DNA of 44,649 nucleotides from Vectrevirus T147P9. The position numbers and the translations under genes are program-made. Within the stretch, counting starts at the first letter, position 1. Every line of letters starts with the position of its first letter. Where the stretch lies: sequence record OZ035774.1, one strand, 5' to 3'. Under the pieces are notes generated by a model that saw only the letters and a list, made by a program, of their open reading frames with translations, searched no databases and was not told the origin of the DNA. Below, piece after piece: positions 9,231 to 18,553 of this stretch.

Positions 9231-9288
9231 TTGCTTAGTGTAACCTATGTATGCCGTGGTTAATTACTTATTGAATGAGGGATTAACT

Positions 9289-9468
9289 ATGACATTAAAC
9301 AACCGTGAACTATCCGTTCTCTTCACTCTGTTGTGCTACATGATTCGTAACAACGAATTGCTTACAGACGATGAGTTAGCCTTGTATCACCGCTTTCTTA
9401 ACGAAGGTTGGACCGATACAGTTAATCAATACCGTAACATGATAGATGAGTTGAGGGAGGGTAAATAA
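9289..9468 (+). CDS. hypothetical early protein
   Basis: ORF with ATG 9289 after GAGGGA RBS; track start 9247 is an in-frame alternative; no recognisable motif. Confidence 0.45.
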   Translation: MTLNNRELSVLFTLLCYMIRNNELLTDDELALYHRFLNEGWTDTVNQYRNMIDELREGK

Positions 9469-9692
9469 TGTATCAACATGAGGTATTCTTTGAATCAGCT
9501 AGCGAAGCTATTCGCTTCCGTGATGATATGATGCAAGCTGGTGTAGGCGTTGATGTGTATCACTATTTGATAGATTACGACACTGAATATCACCGAGTTA
9601 CCTTAGTGTCTGAGTATGACAACCAAGTCATTACTGAGTATCTAGGCAGTGAAGATTACGATTACGATGAAGTAATCACGACAAATCTCTAA
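9468..9692 (+). CDS. hypothetical early protein (acidic)
   Basis: 74-aa ORF whose ATG overlaps the previous stop; acidic, Tyr/Asp-rich C-terminus. Confidence 0.5.
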   Translation: MYQHEVFFESASEAIRFRDDMMQAGVGVDVYHYLIDYDTEYHRVTLVSEYDNQVITEYLGSEDYDYDEVITTNL

Positions 9693-9761
9693 ATTAACTG
9701 TTGACAGCCACGGCATACAAGGTTACATTAAGCATCAAGACGGCGACGTCTTTAAACACCC

Positions 9762-9774
9762 GCTCTTTAACAAT
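9762..9774 (+). promoter_or_regulatory. RNase III site-like conserved element (copy 2)
   Basis: GCTCTTTAACAAT, between early ORFs. Confidence 0.4.
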
Positions 9775-9820
9775 ACGGTTTGTGTCTTGATAGGCTAACT
9801 AACTAACTAAGGTAATTATC

Positions 9821-9931
9821 ATGAAAGGGTTAATTTGTGTAGAACGTATGGTCAATGGTAAACTTGAAATATTACCACTGGAAAACCAATCTAGCTTCAA
9901 AGAGTGGTATGGCTGTTTCTCACTGATTTAA
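9821..9931 (+). CDS. hypothetical small early protein
   Basis: 36-aa ORF MKGLICVERMVNGKLEILPLENQSSFKEWYGCFSLI; weak RBS; not in track. Confidence 0.25.
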   Translation: MKGLICVERMVNGKLEILPLENQSSFKEWYGCFSLI

Positions 9932-9973
9932 GGTAAAGGCTGGCACTAGTCAGCCTATCAAGGCGCAAACCAA

Positions 9974-9986
9974 GCTCTTTAACAAT
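9974..9986 (+). promoter_or_regulatory. RNase III site-like conserved element (copy 3)
   Basis: GCTCTTTAACAAT, about 95 bp upstream of the ocr-like gene. Confidence 0.4.
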
Positions 9987-10080
9987 TTGGATGGTAGCTT
10001 CTTAGTCTGGATAGGTTAAACCTAGGGTATTCTTTTGAGTACCCTATAATGTAACCTAACTAGCTAATGAGGATTAAATA

Positions 10081-10410
10081 ATGGAACGCAATGCTAACGC
10101 TTACTACAACCTTCTGGCTGCAACTGTTGAAGCATTCAACGAGCGTATTCAGTTTGATGAGATTCGCGAAGGTGATGATTACTCTGATGCACTACATGAG
10201 GTTGTAGACAGCAATGTTCCAGTTTATTACAGCGAAATCTTTACAGTGATGGCTGCTGATGGTATTGATGTTGATTTTGAGGATGCTGGTTTGATTCCTG
10301 ACACGAAGGATGTAACCAAGATTCTACAAGCTCGCATCTATGAAGCTCTTTATAATGATGTACCAAATGACAGCGATGTAGTTTGGTGTGAAGGCGAAGA
10401 AGAGGAATAA
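10081..10410 (+). CDS. ocr: Ocr-like DNA-mimic anti-restriction protein (T7 gene 0.3 homologue)
   Basis: 109-aa very acidic protein; [45 protein letters not shown] aligns closely with remembered T7 Ocr ([45 protein letters not shown]); early-region position. Confidence 0.85.
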   Translation: [109 protein letters not shown]

Positions 10411-10518
10411 TAAGATGGAAAGGCAATATAACTTCATATTTTCAGACGGTGTGACCTTAAAATGTTCCTTGCGATTTGCGCAGATTCGTGAGGAAGTACT
10501 AGGAACTACATACAAGCT

Positions 10519-10543
10519 ATTTAGCTGACACTATAAGAGAAGG
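10519..10543 (+). promoter_or_regulatory. degenerate phage promoter-like sequence
   Basis: atttagctgacactataagagaagg; upstream half resembles SP6 ATTTAGGTGACACTATAG but the initiation region is TATAAG rather than TATAG. Confidence 0.25.
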
Positions 10544-10604
10544 CTTAACAAGGCGTTGCTACGGTAGCGCCTGATTAAACTTTCACTTACTAGAGGTTAA
10601 AATT

Positions 10605-10730
10605 ATGAAACTATCGCCATCCGCTAAAGGCCTCATTGCAGAACTTAAAGACTCTTTGAGGAATCCAATCATTTGGGCACTTATCTACATACCTTATGGT
10701 ATCTACCTATTTCACCTCATCACTGAGTAA
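10605..10730 (+). CDS. hypothetical small membrane protein
   Basis: 41-aa ORF MKLSPSAKGLIAELKDSLRNPIIWALIYIPYGIYLFHLITE with GAGGT RBS and one hydrophobic helix; not in track. Confidence 0.35.
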   Translation: MKLSPSAKGLIAELKDSLRNPIIWALIYIPYGIYLFHLITE

Positions 10731-10793
10731 ATAGCCTATAGCCTACCTGAGTGGGCTATGTGATATTTACTTACACTATATAAGGTGACTATT

Positions 10794-11717
10794 ATGACTA
10801 CTGAAAACACCCTCCTGTCTGTCCGTGAAGCTGCAACTGCTGAGATTAAGCAGCATTTGGATAATATCGGCACTTCTTACATCAAAGTTGGCGCTTGTCT
10901 GAATGAATTACGCGGTGATTTCGAAGGTCAAAAAGATTTTTTAGCTTATGTAGAATCAGAGTTCGGCATCAAGAAAGCACAATGCTACAAGCTGATGAGT
11001 GTAGCCCGTGTCTTTGAAGGAGACGAACGCTTTAAAGGTGTGGCTATGCGTGTAATGCTGGCGCTTGTTCCTTTCGCTGATGAAAATATAATCATGGAGA
11101 AGGCCGCAGAACTCGCCGCAGAGGGCAAGCTGGACACTAACGCCGTAAACGCTCTGATTGATCCTAAGAAAGAGACAAAGGCCGAGACGGTACAATCTAA
11201 GGCTGAGACAGTAAAACCGCAGGAGAACGCGACTGAGGCCGCAGAAACTATGCAAGGACATGCAACCTTTGAGGATTTCATCTTAGAGAAGGCGAAAGAG
11301 GATTTACAAAGTGTGCCGCCAGTAAGTGAGTCGGGTAACGACGAATCCGCACCGTGGGAAGAGGAAAGCAAACCGGAAGAGCCAAAGGCAGCTCCGATGG
11401 ATAACACGGCTAATACTGAGAATGCCGCTATTGCTGGTCTGCTGGCACAAATTAAAGCACTGACTGAGCAATTACAGGCAGCCAATGACCGCATCGCCTC
11501 CTTAAGTAGCGCACGCGAAAGCAAGAAGGCAGCCGCGCCTATGCTGCCGCAATTCAAATCTTCCTGCTTCTATGCTCGCTTAGGTTTAAGCGCTGAGGAG
11601 GCAACGAAGAAAACAGCAGTTAACAGGGCACGCCGCGAACTGGTTAAGCTGGGATACGGTGAAGGCCATGAGGCATGGCCCTTAATCTCTGAGGCAGTAG
11701 AAGAATTAACTAAGTAA
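10794..11717 (+). CDS. hypothetical early protein with low-complexity acidic linker
   Basis: 307-aa ORF (ATG 10794, AAGGTG RBS; track GTG 10785); about 110-aa N-terminal domain, Glu/Lys/Ala/Thr-rich linker, C-terminal domain; directly upstream of the RNAP gene. Confidence 0.6.
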   Translation: MTTENTLLSVREAATAEIKQHLDNIGTSYIKVGACLNELRGDFEGQKDFLAYVESEFGIKKAQCYKLMSVARVFEGDERFKGVAMRVMLALVPFADENIIMEKAAELAAEGKLDTNAVNALIDPKKETKAETVQSKAETVKPQENATEAAETMQGHATFEDFILEKAKEDLQSVPPVSESGNDESAPWEEESKPEEPKAAPMDNTANTENAAIAGLLAQIKALTEQLQAANDRIASLSSARESKKAAAPMLPQFKSSCFYARLGLSAEEATKKTAVNRARRELVKLGYGEGHEAWPLISEAVEELTK

Positions 11718-11780
11718 CCTTATCGGTGGCATCTTCTTAGGTGTCACCTATTAAGGTTTCTTTCACTAGGAGTACACAAG

Positions 11781-14408
11781 ATGCAAGATTTACACGCTAT
11801 TCAACTTCAACTTGAAGAAGAAATGTTTAACGGCGGTATCCGTCGCTTTGAAGCGGACCAACAACGCCAGATTGCATCCGGTAATGAATCAGACACGGCA
11901 TGGAATCGCCGCTTATTGTCCGAGTTAATCGCGCCAATGGCTGAAGGTATTCAGGCTTATAAGGAAGAGTACGAAGGCAAGCGCGGTCGTGCACCACGTG
12001 CATTGGCTTTCATTAACTGCGTAGAAAATGAAGTGGCAGCGTATATCACGATGAAGATCGTAATGGATATGCTTAACACTGATGTAACCTTGCAAGCTAT
12101 CGCTATGAATGTAGCTGACCGCATCGAAGACCAAGTGCGCTTCAGTAAACTAGAAGGCCATGCAGCTAAATATTTTGAGAAGGTCAAGAAGTCACTTAAG
12201 GCAAGTAAGACTAAATCATATCGCCATGCGCACAATGTAGCGGTCGTGGCTGAGAAGTCAGTAGCTGACCGTGACGCTGATTTCTCTCGCTGGGAAGCGT
12301 GGCCTAAAGATACCTTGCTACAAATTGGTATGACCTTGCTAGAAATACTGGAAAATAGTGTATTCTTCAACGGGCAGCCTGTTTTCATCCGCACCTTGCG
12401 TACTAATGGCGGCAAACACGGTGTTTACTACTTACAGACTAGTGAACACGTTGGCGAGTGGATAACCGCCTTCAAAGAGCACGTAGCGCAACTAAGCCCT
12501 GCATATGCACCTTGCGTTATTCCTCCGCGTCCGTGGGTTTCACCTTTCAACGGTGGGTTTCATACTGAGAAAGTAGCAAGCCGTATCCGCCTTGTTAAAG
12601 GCAACCGTGAGCACGTCCGTAAGTTAACTAAAAAGCAAATGCCAGCGGTCTATAAGGCTGTTAACGCCTTACAAGCTACTAAGTGGCAGGTTAACAAGGA
12701 AGTATTGCAGGTAGTAGAAGATGTTATTCGTCTAGACCTCGGTTATGGTGTACCTTCCTTTAAGCCGCTCATTGACCGCGAGAACAAACCAGCTAACCCT
12801 GTTCCTCTTGAGTTCCAACACCTGCGAGGCCGTGAACTGAAAGAGATGCTTACGCCAGAACAGTGGCAAGCTTTTATAAACTGGAAAGGAGAATGTACCA
12901 AGCTGTATACCGCTGAAACTAAGCGCGGAAGCAAGTCGGCGGCGACCGTTCGCATGGTTGGACAGGCCCGTAAATACAGCCAGTTTGACGCAATTTATTT
13001 TGTGTATGCACTGGACAGCCGTTCACGCGTTTATGCGCAATCTAGCACGCTCTCGCCGCAATCAAACGACTTAGGCAAGGCATTGCTCCGTTTTACCGAA
13101 GGGCAGCGTCTTGATAGCGCTGAGGCGCTTAAGTGGTTTTTGGTGAACGGGGCGAATAATTGGGGTTGGGATAAGAAAACTTTTGACGTGCGCACCGCTA
13201 ACGTGCTGGATGGCGAATTTCAAGACATGTGCCGCGATATTGCAGCCGACCCGCTGACCTTCACTCAATGGGTAAATGCTGATTCCCCTTACGGCTTCCT
13301 TGCATGGTGCTTTGAATATGCGCGTTATCTGGATGCACTGGATGAAGGCACGCAAGACCAATTCATGACGCACCTACCCGTCCATCAAGACGGTAGTTGC
13401 TCTGGTATCCAGCACTATAGCGCGATGTTACGCGATGAAGTAGGTGCGAAAGCAGTAAACCTTAAGCCTTCTGACTCCCCTCAAGATATTTATGGCGCGG
13501 TTGCGCAGGTTGTTATCCAGAAGAATTACGCCTACATGAATGCAGACGATGCAGAGACTTTCACATCTGGAAGCGTCACACTTACAGGTGCAGAACTGCG
13601 TAGCATGGCTAGTGCGTGGGATATGATAGGAATCACTCGCGGATTGACCAAAAAGCCCGTAATGACACTACCTTATGGCAGCACACGTCTAACCTGCCGT
13701 GAATCAGTGATTGATTATATCGTTGATTTGGAAGAAAAAGAGGCCCAACGAGCTATTGCGGAAGGGCGTACCGCCAATCCTGTACATCCTTTTGATAATG
13801 ACCGTAAGGACAGCCTGACACCTAGCGCAGCTTATAACTATATGACAGCTTTAATCTGGCCTTCTATTTCGGAAGTGGTTAAAGCCCCTATAGTGGCAAT
13901 GAAAATGATTCGTCAGCTTGCCCGTTTCGCAGCTAAAAGGAATGAAGGCTTAGAGTATACCTTGCCTACTGGCTTCATCTTGCAACAAAAGATAATGGCG
14001 ACAGATATGCTCCGCGTATCTACTTGCTTGATGGGAGAAATCAAGATGAGTCTACAGATTGAAACGGACGTAGTGGATGAAACGGCTATGATGGGCGCTG
14101 CTGCTCCTAACTTTGTGCATGGTCATGATGCCAGTCACCTTATCTTAACAGTCTGCGACCTTGTTGATAAAGGGATTACATCTATCGCAGTCATTCATGA
14201 TTCTTTCGGTACTCACGCAGGCCGTACAGCCGATCTACGTGATAGTCTAAGGGCAGAAATGGTGAAGATGTATCAAGGCCGTAATGCCCTGCAAAGCCTG
14301 TTAGATGAGCATGAAGAACGCTGGTTAGTAGACACCGGAATCCAAGTGCCAGAGCAAGGAGAATTTGACCTTAACGAAATCTTAGTATCTGACTATTGCT
14401 TCGCATAA
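11781..14408 (+). CDS. T7/SP6-type single-subunit DNA-directed RNA polymerase
   Basis: 875 aa; catalytic motifs [13 protein letters not shown] (motif A) and VIHDSFGTH (motif C) as in T7 RNAP; length close to SP6 RNAP. Confidence 0.95.
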   Translation: MQDLHAIQLQLEEEMFNGGIRRFEADQQRQIASGNESDTAWNRRLLSELIAPMAEGIQAYKEEYEGKRGRAPRALAFINCVENEVAAYITMKIVMDMLNTDVTLQAIAMNVADRIEDQVRFSKLEGHAAKYFEKVKKSLKASKTKSYRHAHNVAVVAEKSVADRDADFSRWEAWPKDTLLQIGMTLLEILENSVFFNGQPVFIRTLRTNGGKHGVYYLQTSEHVGEWITAFKEHVAQLSPAYAPCVIPPRPWVSPFNGGFHTEKVASRIRLVKGNREHVRKLTKKQMPAVYKAVNALQATKWQVNKEVLQVVEDVIRLDLGYGVPSFKPLIDRENKPANPVPLEFQHLRGRELKEMLTPEQWQAFINWKGECTKLYTAETKRGSKSAATVRMVGQARKYSQFDAIYFVYALDSRSRVYAQSSTLSPQSNDLGKALLRFTEGQRLDSAEALKWFLVNGANNWGWDKKTFDVRTANVLDGEFQDMCRDIAADPLTFTQWVNADSPYGFLAWCFEYARYLDALDEGTQDQFMTHLPVHQDGSCSGIQHYSAMLRDEVGAKAVNLKPSDSPQDIYGAVAQVVIQKNYAYMNADDAETFTSGSVTLTGAELRSMASAWDMIGITRGLTKKPVMTLPYGSTRLTCRESVIDYIVDLEEKEAQRAIAEGRTANPVHPFDNDRKDSLTPSAAYNYMTALIWPSISEVVKAPIVAMKMIRQLARFAAKRNEGLEYTLPTGFILQQKIMATDMLRVSTCLMGEIKMSLQIETDVVDETAMMGAAAPNFVHGHDASHLILTVCDLVDKGITSIAVIHDSFGTHAGRTADLRDSLRAEMVKMYQGRNALQSLLDEHEERWLVDTGIQVPEQGEFDLNEILVSDYCFA

Positions 14409-14416
14409 TATTAATA

Positions 14417-14447
14417 GGCCATTCCTTCGGGAGTGGCCTTTTCTTTT
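14417..14447 (+). terminator. intrinsic terminator after the RNAP gene
   Basis: ggccattcc-TTCG-ggagtggcc hairpin (9-bp stem with one G-U, UUCG tetraloop) followed by ttttctttt. Confidence 0.65.
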
Positions 14448-14481
14448 ACCTACTACCGGTAACATTTCATTAACATAAAGT

Positions 14482-14497
14482 GTCTCACATGTGAGAC
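14482..14497. repeat. 16-bp perfect palindrome GTCTCACATGTGAGAC (copy 1 of 6)
   Basis: Exact palindrome, 2 bp upstream of the promoter at 14500. Confidence 0.9.
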
Positions 14498-14499
14498 TT

Positions 14500-14523
14500 A
14501 TTTACCGGACACTATAGGATAGC
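14500..14523 (+). promoter_or_regulatory. phage RNAP promoter (CCGG variant)
   Basis: atttaccggacactataggatagc. Confidence 0.6.
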
Positions 14524-14664
14524 CGTCGGAGACGGGAAAGAAAGGGAAGATAAAGGATATAAAAGGAAGTAATAGGTATTAAAGGTTATATAGGTTTACC
14601 TAGGAATACCTATTACCTTCTTCCTTCCTCTTATTACTACTTAGAGGAAGGGCAGACCTAAGTT

Positions 14665-14680
14665 GTCTCACATGTGAGAC
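14665..14680. repeat. 16-bp perfect palindrome GTCTCACATGTGAGAC (copy 2 of 6)
   Basis: Exact copy, 5 bp upstream of the promoter-like sequence at 14686. Confidence 0.9.
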
Positions 14681-14685
14681 TTCGT

Positions 14686-14709
14686 ATTTACCGGACAGTA
14701 TAGATAAGA
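14686..14709 (+). promoter_or_regulatory. phage promoter-like sequence (degenerate)
   Basis: atttaccggacagtatagataaga; CAGTATAG instead of CACTATAG; upstream of the gp1.1-like gene. Confidence 0.35.
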
Positions 14710-14733
14710 CTAACTTACTTTGGAGATTTAACC

Positions 14734-14862
14734 ATGCGTAACTTTGAGAAGATGACCCGTAAAGCTAACCGTTTTGACATGGAAGAAGGGCAGACTAAAG
14801 GCAAGAAGCTTAATAAACCTGTCCGCGACCGTGCATCTAAACGCGCTGCGTGGGAGTTCTAA
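14734..14862 (+). CDS. T7 gene 1.1-like small basic protein
   Basis: 42-aa ORF MRNFEKMTRKANRFDMEEGQTKGKKLNKPVRDRASKRAAWEF; recalled T7 gp1.1 begins MRNFEKMT and shares KGxKLNK...RDR; not in track. Confidence 0.7.
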   Translation: MRNFEKMTRKANRFDMEEGQTKGKKLNKPVRDRASKRAAWEF

Positions 14863-14865
14863 GTT

Positions 14866-15087
14866 ATGGCTAAATACAGGATTAAGACGTGTTTAAACAA
14901 TCAGGGGCATGAGTGCTATATAGTACAGCGTAAGGTTCTACTGGGCTTGCTGTGGGTTACTTGTATGATGCCTATTGGCTACACTGACACTGAAGCCATC
15001 TTTGGCACGGAAGATGATGCCTACAGATTCATCGCTAAACGTAGAAAAGTAGAACGTTATAAACACAGAATTATTAAGGTAAACTAA
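14866..15087 (+). CDS. hypothetical protein
   Basis: 73-aa ORF abutting the primase-helicase start; no motif recognised. Confidence 0.5.
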   Translation: MAKYRIKTCLNNQGHECYIVQRKVLLGLLWVTCMMPIGYTDTEAIFGTEDDAYRFIAKRRKVERYKHRIIKVN

Positions 15088-17075
15088 TGGCTATAATCAA
15101 TAACATTCAATGCCCTGCTTGTGCTAAGAACGGGCATGATAAATCCTCTAATCATCTCATGATATTTGATGATGGTGCTGGCTACTGTAATCGTGGACAC
15201 TTTCATGATAATGGTAGACCCTACTACCACAAGCCGGAAGGTGGCATCGAAATCACCGAGCTACCCATCACTGGCAACATCAAATATACACCTTCTCAAT
15301 TCAAAGAAATGGAGAAGGAAGGGAAGATAAGCGACCCTAAGCTACGCGCCATCGCACTTGGTGGTATGCGTATGAAAGACCGTTGGGAGGTTATGAATGA
15401 GCAAGAAAGGGCAGACCAAGAAGCAGAGTGGAAGCTTGATGTTGAATGGTTCCTCACGCTTAAGCGTAAGAACCTTGTATCCCGTCACATTCGAGGTGAC
15501 ATCGCAGCAATGTACGATGTGCGCGTTGGACACGATGAAGAGGGAAGAGTCAACCGTCACTATTATCCACGATATGAAAAGGGTGTGCTTGTTGGAGCAA
15601 AATGCCGGACGTTGCCGAAGGATTTTAAGTTCGGACACCTAGGTAAACTCTTTGGTATGCAAGATCTTTTCGGTATGAACACTTTGTCTCACGTGTTAGA
15701 CAAGGGGAGACGAAAGGATTGCTTGCTTATTGTAGGCGGTGAACTTGATGCACTAGCAGCGCAGCAGATGCTCCTTGATTCTGCCAAGGGTACTAAGTGG
15801 GAGGGTCAGCCATACCATGTATGGTCTGTCAACAAAGGTGAGTCTTGCCTTGAAGAGATAGTGCAGAACCGTGAGCATATCGCCCAATTCAAGAAGATTA
15901 TATGGGGTTTTGATGGAGATGAGGTAGGGCAGAAGCAGAATCAGCAAGCGGCTCGCCTGTTTCCTGGCAAATCCTATATCCTTGAATACCCCTCTGGTTG
16001 CAAAGATGCTAACAAGGCATTGATGGCTGGCAAGGCTAAAGAGTTTGTAGATGCATGGTTTAATGCCAAGTCATCTGATGAAGTCTTTGGTAGCCAGATT
16101 AAATCTATCGCATCTCAAAGGGATAAGCTCAAGGCTGCACGTCCAGAGCAAGGACTATCATGGCCTTGGCCTAAGCTGAACAAGGTAACGCTAGGTATTC
16201 GTAAGAATCAGCTTATCATTGTAGGTGCAGGGTCTGGTGTAGGTAAGACTGAGTTCCTTCGTGAAGTAGTTAAGCACCTCATTGAAGAACACGGTGAATC
16301 TGTAGGCATCATTTCTACAGAAGACCCGATGGTCAAGGTGTCCCGTGCTTTTATCGGCAAGTGGATTGATAAGCGTATTGAGTTACCGCCAACCAACGAC
16401 CCGAAAGAAGATGGATACCGTGAGGTGTTCGACTACACCGAGGAAGAAGCTAACGCCGCCATTGATTATGTAGCTGATACAGGTAAGCTGTTTGTGGCTG
16501 ACCTAGAGGGTGACTATTCGATGGAAAAGGTAGAGCAAACTTGCCTAGAGTTTGAGGCTATGGGCATTTCTAATATCATCATTGATAACTTAACGGGAAT
16601 TAAATTAGATGAGCGTGCTTTTGGTGGGAAGGTTGGTGCACTTGATGAATGCGTCAAGCGGATTGGTACTATCAAAGACCGACACCCGGTTACTATATTC
16701 CTTGTATCACACCTTACACGTCCTCCGGCAAACCGTACCCAACACGAAGAAGGTGGCGAAGTTATCCTTTCTGACTTCCGAGGCTCAGGCGCTATCGGAT
16801 TCTGGGCATCTTACGCCTTGGGGATTGAGCGTAATACAAGAGCTGAAACGCTTGACGAAAGGACTACCACGTACATCTCATGTGTCAAAGACCGCGACCA
16901 AGGTATCTGGACTGGAACCAAGGTCATGCTTAAGGGTGACATTCAAACCGGACGTTTAATGGAACCACAAGCCCGTACTAAGTCATTTGATACAGGTGAA
17001 GCAAGGCAACAAGAAGTGCCGGATTTACCGGACACTATAGAAGAGACAACCTTTGACGATGAACAGGAGTTTTAA
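15087..17075 (+). CDS. DNA primase/helicase (T7 gp4-like)
   Basis: N-terminal Cys4 zinc ribbon (CPACAKNGHDKSSNH...CNRGH), central TOPRIM-like region, Walker A VGAGSGVGKTEF of DnaB-family helicases; acidic C-terminal tail ending EQEF like T7 gp4. Confidence 0.9.
   Translation: MAIINNIQCPACAKNGHDKSSNHLMIFDDGAGYCNRGHFHDNGRPYYHKPEGGIEITELPITGNIKYTPSQFKEMEKEGKISDPKLRAIALGGMRMKDRWEVMNEQERADQEAEWKLDVEWFLTLKRKNLVSRHIRGDIAAMYDVRVGHDEEGRVNRHYYPRYEKGVLVGAKCRTLPKDFKFGHLGKLFGMQDLFGMNTLSHVLDKGRRKDCLLIVGGELDALAAQQMLLDSAKGTKWEGQPYHVWSVNKGESCLEEIVQNREHIAQFKKIIWGFDGDEVGQKQNQQAARLFPGKSYILEYPSGCKDANKALMAGKAKEFVDAWFNAKSSDEVFGSQIKSIASQRDKLKAARPEQGLSWPWPKLNKVTLGIRKNQLIIVGAGSGVGKTEFLREVVKHLIEEHGESVGIISTEDPMVKVSRAFIGKWIDKRIELPPTNDPKEDGYREVFDYTEEEANAAIDYVADTGKLFVADLEGDYSMEKVEQTCLEFEAMGISNIIIDNLTGIKLDERAFGGKVGALDECVKRIGTIKDRHPVTIFLVSHLTRPPANRTQHEEGGEVILSDFRGSGAIGFWASYALGIERNTRAETLDERTTTYISCVKDRDQGIWTGTKVMLKGDIQTGRLMEPQARTKSFDTGEARQQEVPDLPDTIEETTFDDEQEF
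17023..17046 (+). promoter_or_regulatory. phage RNAP promoter inside the 3' end of the helicase gene
   Basis: atttaccggacactatagaagaga. Confidence 0.6.
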
Positions 17076-17236
17076 TGGAAATTATTAAACCAGTATTGAA
17101 TATCGGTATTGAGATCCTATTCATGCTTGTGATCGCAGATTATGCTGCACGATATGGATTCAAGAAAGCTGTGAAACTTATCGTTGCATCTGGTTTTCTT
17201 ATGTCAATGTTCTTTATTGTAACACGCCTTATCTAG
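17075..17236 (+). CDS. hypothetical small membrane protein (two predicted TM helices)
   Basis: 53-aa ORF MEIIKPVLNIGIEILFMLVIADYAARYGFKKAVKLIVASGFLMSMFFIVTRLI; ATG overlaps the helicase stop; not in track. Confidence 0.35.
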   Translation: MEIIKPVLNIGIEILFMLVIADYAARYGFKKAVKLIVASGFLMSMFFIVTRLI

Positions 17237-17253
17237 TGTATTTATCAGGGCTT

Positions 17254-17269
17254 GTCTCACATGTGAGAC
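17254..17269. repeat. 16-bp perfect palindrome GTCTCACATGTGAGAC (copy 3 of 6)
   Basis: Extended context ggcttgtctcacatgtgagacaggctcttatt forms an 11-bp-stem hairpin followed by a U-rich tract. Confidence 0.9.
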
Positions 17270-17308
17270 AGGCTCTTATTAAGTACATTAAATAACTGGA
17301 GATTGATT

Positions 17309-18031
17309 ATGTATAAATTAGTATTGAATGTAGGTGATTATGTTCGTAACATCAATGAAGCCTCACGTCGTTATCGTTGCCGTGGTGTAGTGGCTCGTGT
17401 AAGTGAGAACATGTATCATGTAGAATATGAGGATGGTATTAAGGCTTCTTACCACAAGAAAACAGCACATAAATATCTTGAAAAGATTGTAGAGATAAAC
17501 AATCAATGTAAGTGCATACATGATGAGGTTTGCGATAAGTGTGCACGTCAGGCAGTTAAAGCCTTTACCTTTGCTCAACGTTATGGTTCTATGTATGGCG
17601 CTGGTCACAAGACCCTTGCAGAAGCAGCTTGGAAGACATTACAGTTTGAGCGTTCAAATGGACGACGCACCACAATTAAGAAAGAGCGCCGCAATGTAAT
17701 CACTGGTAAGACTCAAAGTGAAATGATTAAGCAATGTGGCACTGCACTAGGTGTTACGCAGTTTAACACTCGTGCTCTTGGTAAATCCACAGGACAAGCT
17801 ATGGTAAAGATTGGCGAAGCCATGATGCATCCAAATGTACCTGTACGAATCAGGGATGTTGACCATGCAATCACAGAACACGGTACGCAACGACGTGTAA
17901 TTAATAAGCATTTTGCCGACACTATAGAAGGTATTATTCGTAAGCAAGGGTTGAAAGGTCTTCACATCTTGAATGATGAAGAGTTACTGTACCTCCCTAT
18001 TGTTACTGAAGAAACCTACGTGAATATCTAA
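17309..18031 (+). CDS. hypothetical protein
   Basis: 240-aa ORF (ATG 17309; track TTG 17303); Cys cluster CKCIHDEVCDKC; contains an internal promoter-like sequence. Confidence 0.6.
   Translation: MYKLVLNVGDYVRNINEASRRYRCRGVVARVSENMYHVEYEDGIKASYHKKTAHKYLEKIVEINNQCKCIHDEVCDKCARQAVKAFTFAQRYGSMYGAGHKTLAEAAWKTLQFERSNGRRTTIKKERRNVITGKTQSEMIKQCGTALGVTQFNTRALGKSTGQAMVKIGEAMMHPNVPVRIRDVDHAITEHGTQRRVINKHFADTIEGIIRKQGLKGLHILNDEELLYLPIVTEETYVNI
17910..17933 (+). promoter_or_regulatory. phage promoter-like sequence (variant) inside a CDS
   Basis: attttgccgacactatagaaggta. Confidence 0.4.
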
Positions 18032-18041
18032 GGAGTTAATC

Positions 18042-18260
18042 ATGACTAAAGTATTAATTTATATGCGTGGACCTCATAAATGCTATGCAGTTGTAGCACC
18101 AAATGGTGTTAAGCCCTATAGTACTTCAAAAGGATTGGCATTAATAGGTGCTAGTAGTAGTGCAAGTTTCCAAATGGAACTTTTTGGTCATTGGAATGAA
18201 AGGCAATTCCGTGAGGATTTTAAAGTCATTGGCAGCTTCATGGTGAAACATGCAGAATAA
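18042..18260 (+). CDS. hypothetical protein
   Basis: 72-aa ORF with AAGGAG RBS. Confidence 0.5.
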   Translation: MTKVLIYMRGPHKCYAVVAPNGVKPYSTSKGLALIGASSSASFQMELFGHWNERQFREDFKVIGSFMVKHAE

Positions 18261-18426
18261 ACATAGTCTTAAAATGTTCGATGGTCATGAAGACCTGCAA
18301 GCCAAGATTACTAACCAAGCCTTCCTGTTTGCACAGTTAACCATGGCTGAAGCAAAGAAGAATAGCCTGACGCGTGAACAGGTTATCAAGGAAAGTGAAG
18401 TGAAACGTAAGATTCGCAGTCGATAA
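18250..18426 (+). CDS. hypothetical protein
   Basis: 58-aa ORF MQNKHSLKMFDGHEDLQAKITNQAFLFAQLTMAEAKKNSLTREQVIKESEVKRKIRSR overlapping the previous stop; not in track. Confidence 0.3.
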   Translation: MQNKHSLKMFDGHEDLQAKITNQAFLFAQLTMAEAKKNSLTREQVIKESEVKRKIRSR

Positions 18427-18436
18427 GTCAAGGGTT

Positions 18437-18452
18437 GTCTCACACGTGAGAC
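18437..18452. repeat. 16-bp palindrome variant GTCTCACACGTGAGAC (copy 4 of 6)
   Basis: One symmetric change (ACGT centre) keeps it palindromic; context gggttgtctcacacgtgagacagcctttc. Confidence 0.85.
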
Positions 18453-18553
18453 AGCCTTTCATCATATTGATTGGAGGATTAACTTTATGAATAACTACGA
18501 CTCTGATTGGGATTTCTACGATTCAATGCAATCTAAACCAGAAAGGAGGGAGG

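Larger units (their letters stand above)
8624..9240 (+). repeat. array of about 16 dispersed CTTAGT(G) short repeats in a non-coding genome-end region
   Basis: cttagt(g) recurs about 16 times at roughly 10-15 bp spacing (densest 8830-8920 and 9095-9135); analogous to the CCTAAAG arrays next to the T7 terminal repeats. Confidence 0.7.

Noticed and set aside
8624-9240. Possible CRISPR array from repeated CTTAGTG
   Set aside because: Repeat unit is only 6-7 bp with irregular 4-10 bp gaps, far shorter than CRISPR repeats; better explained as terminal-repeat-associated short repeats as in T7.
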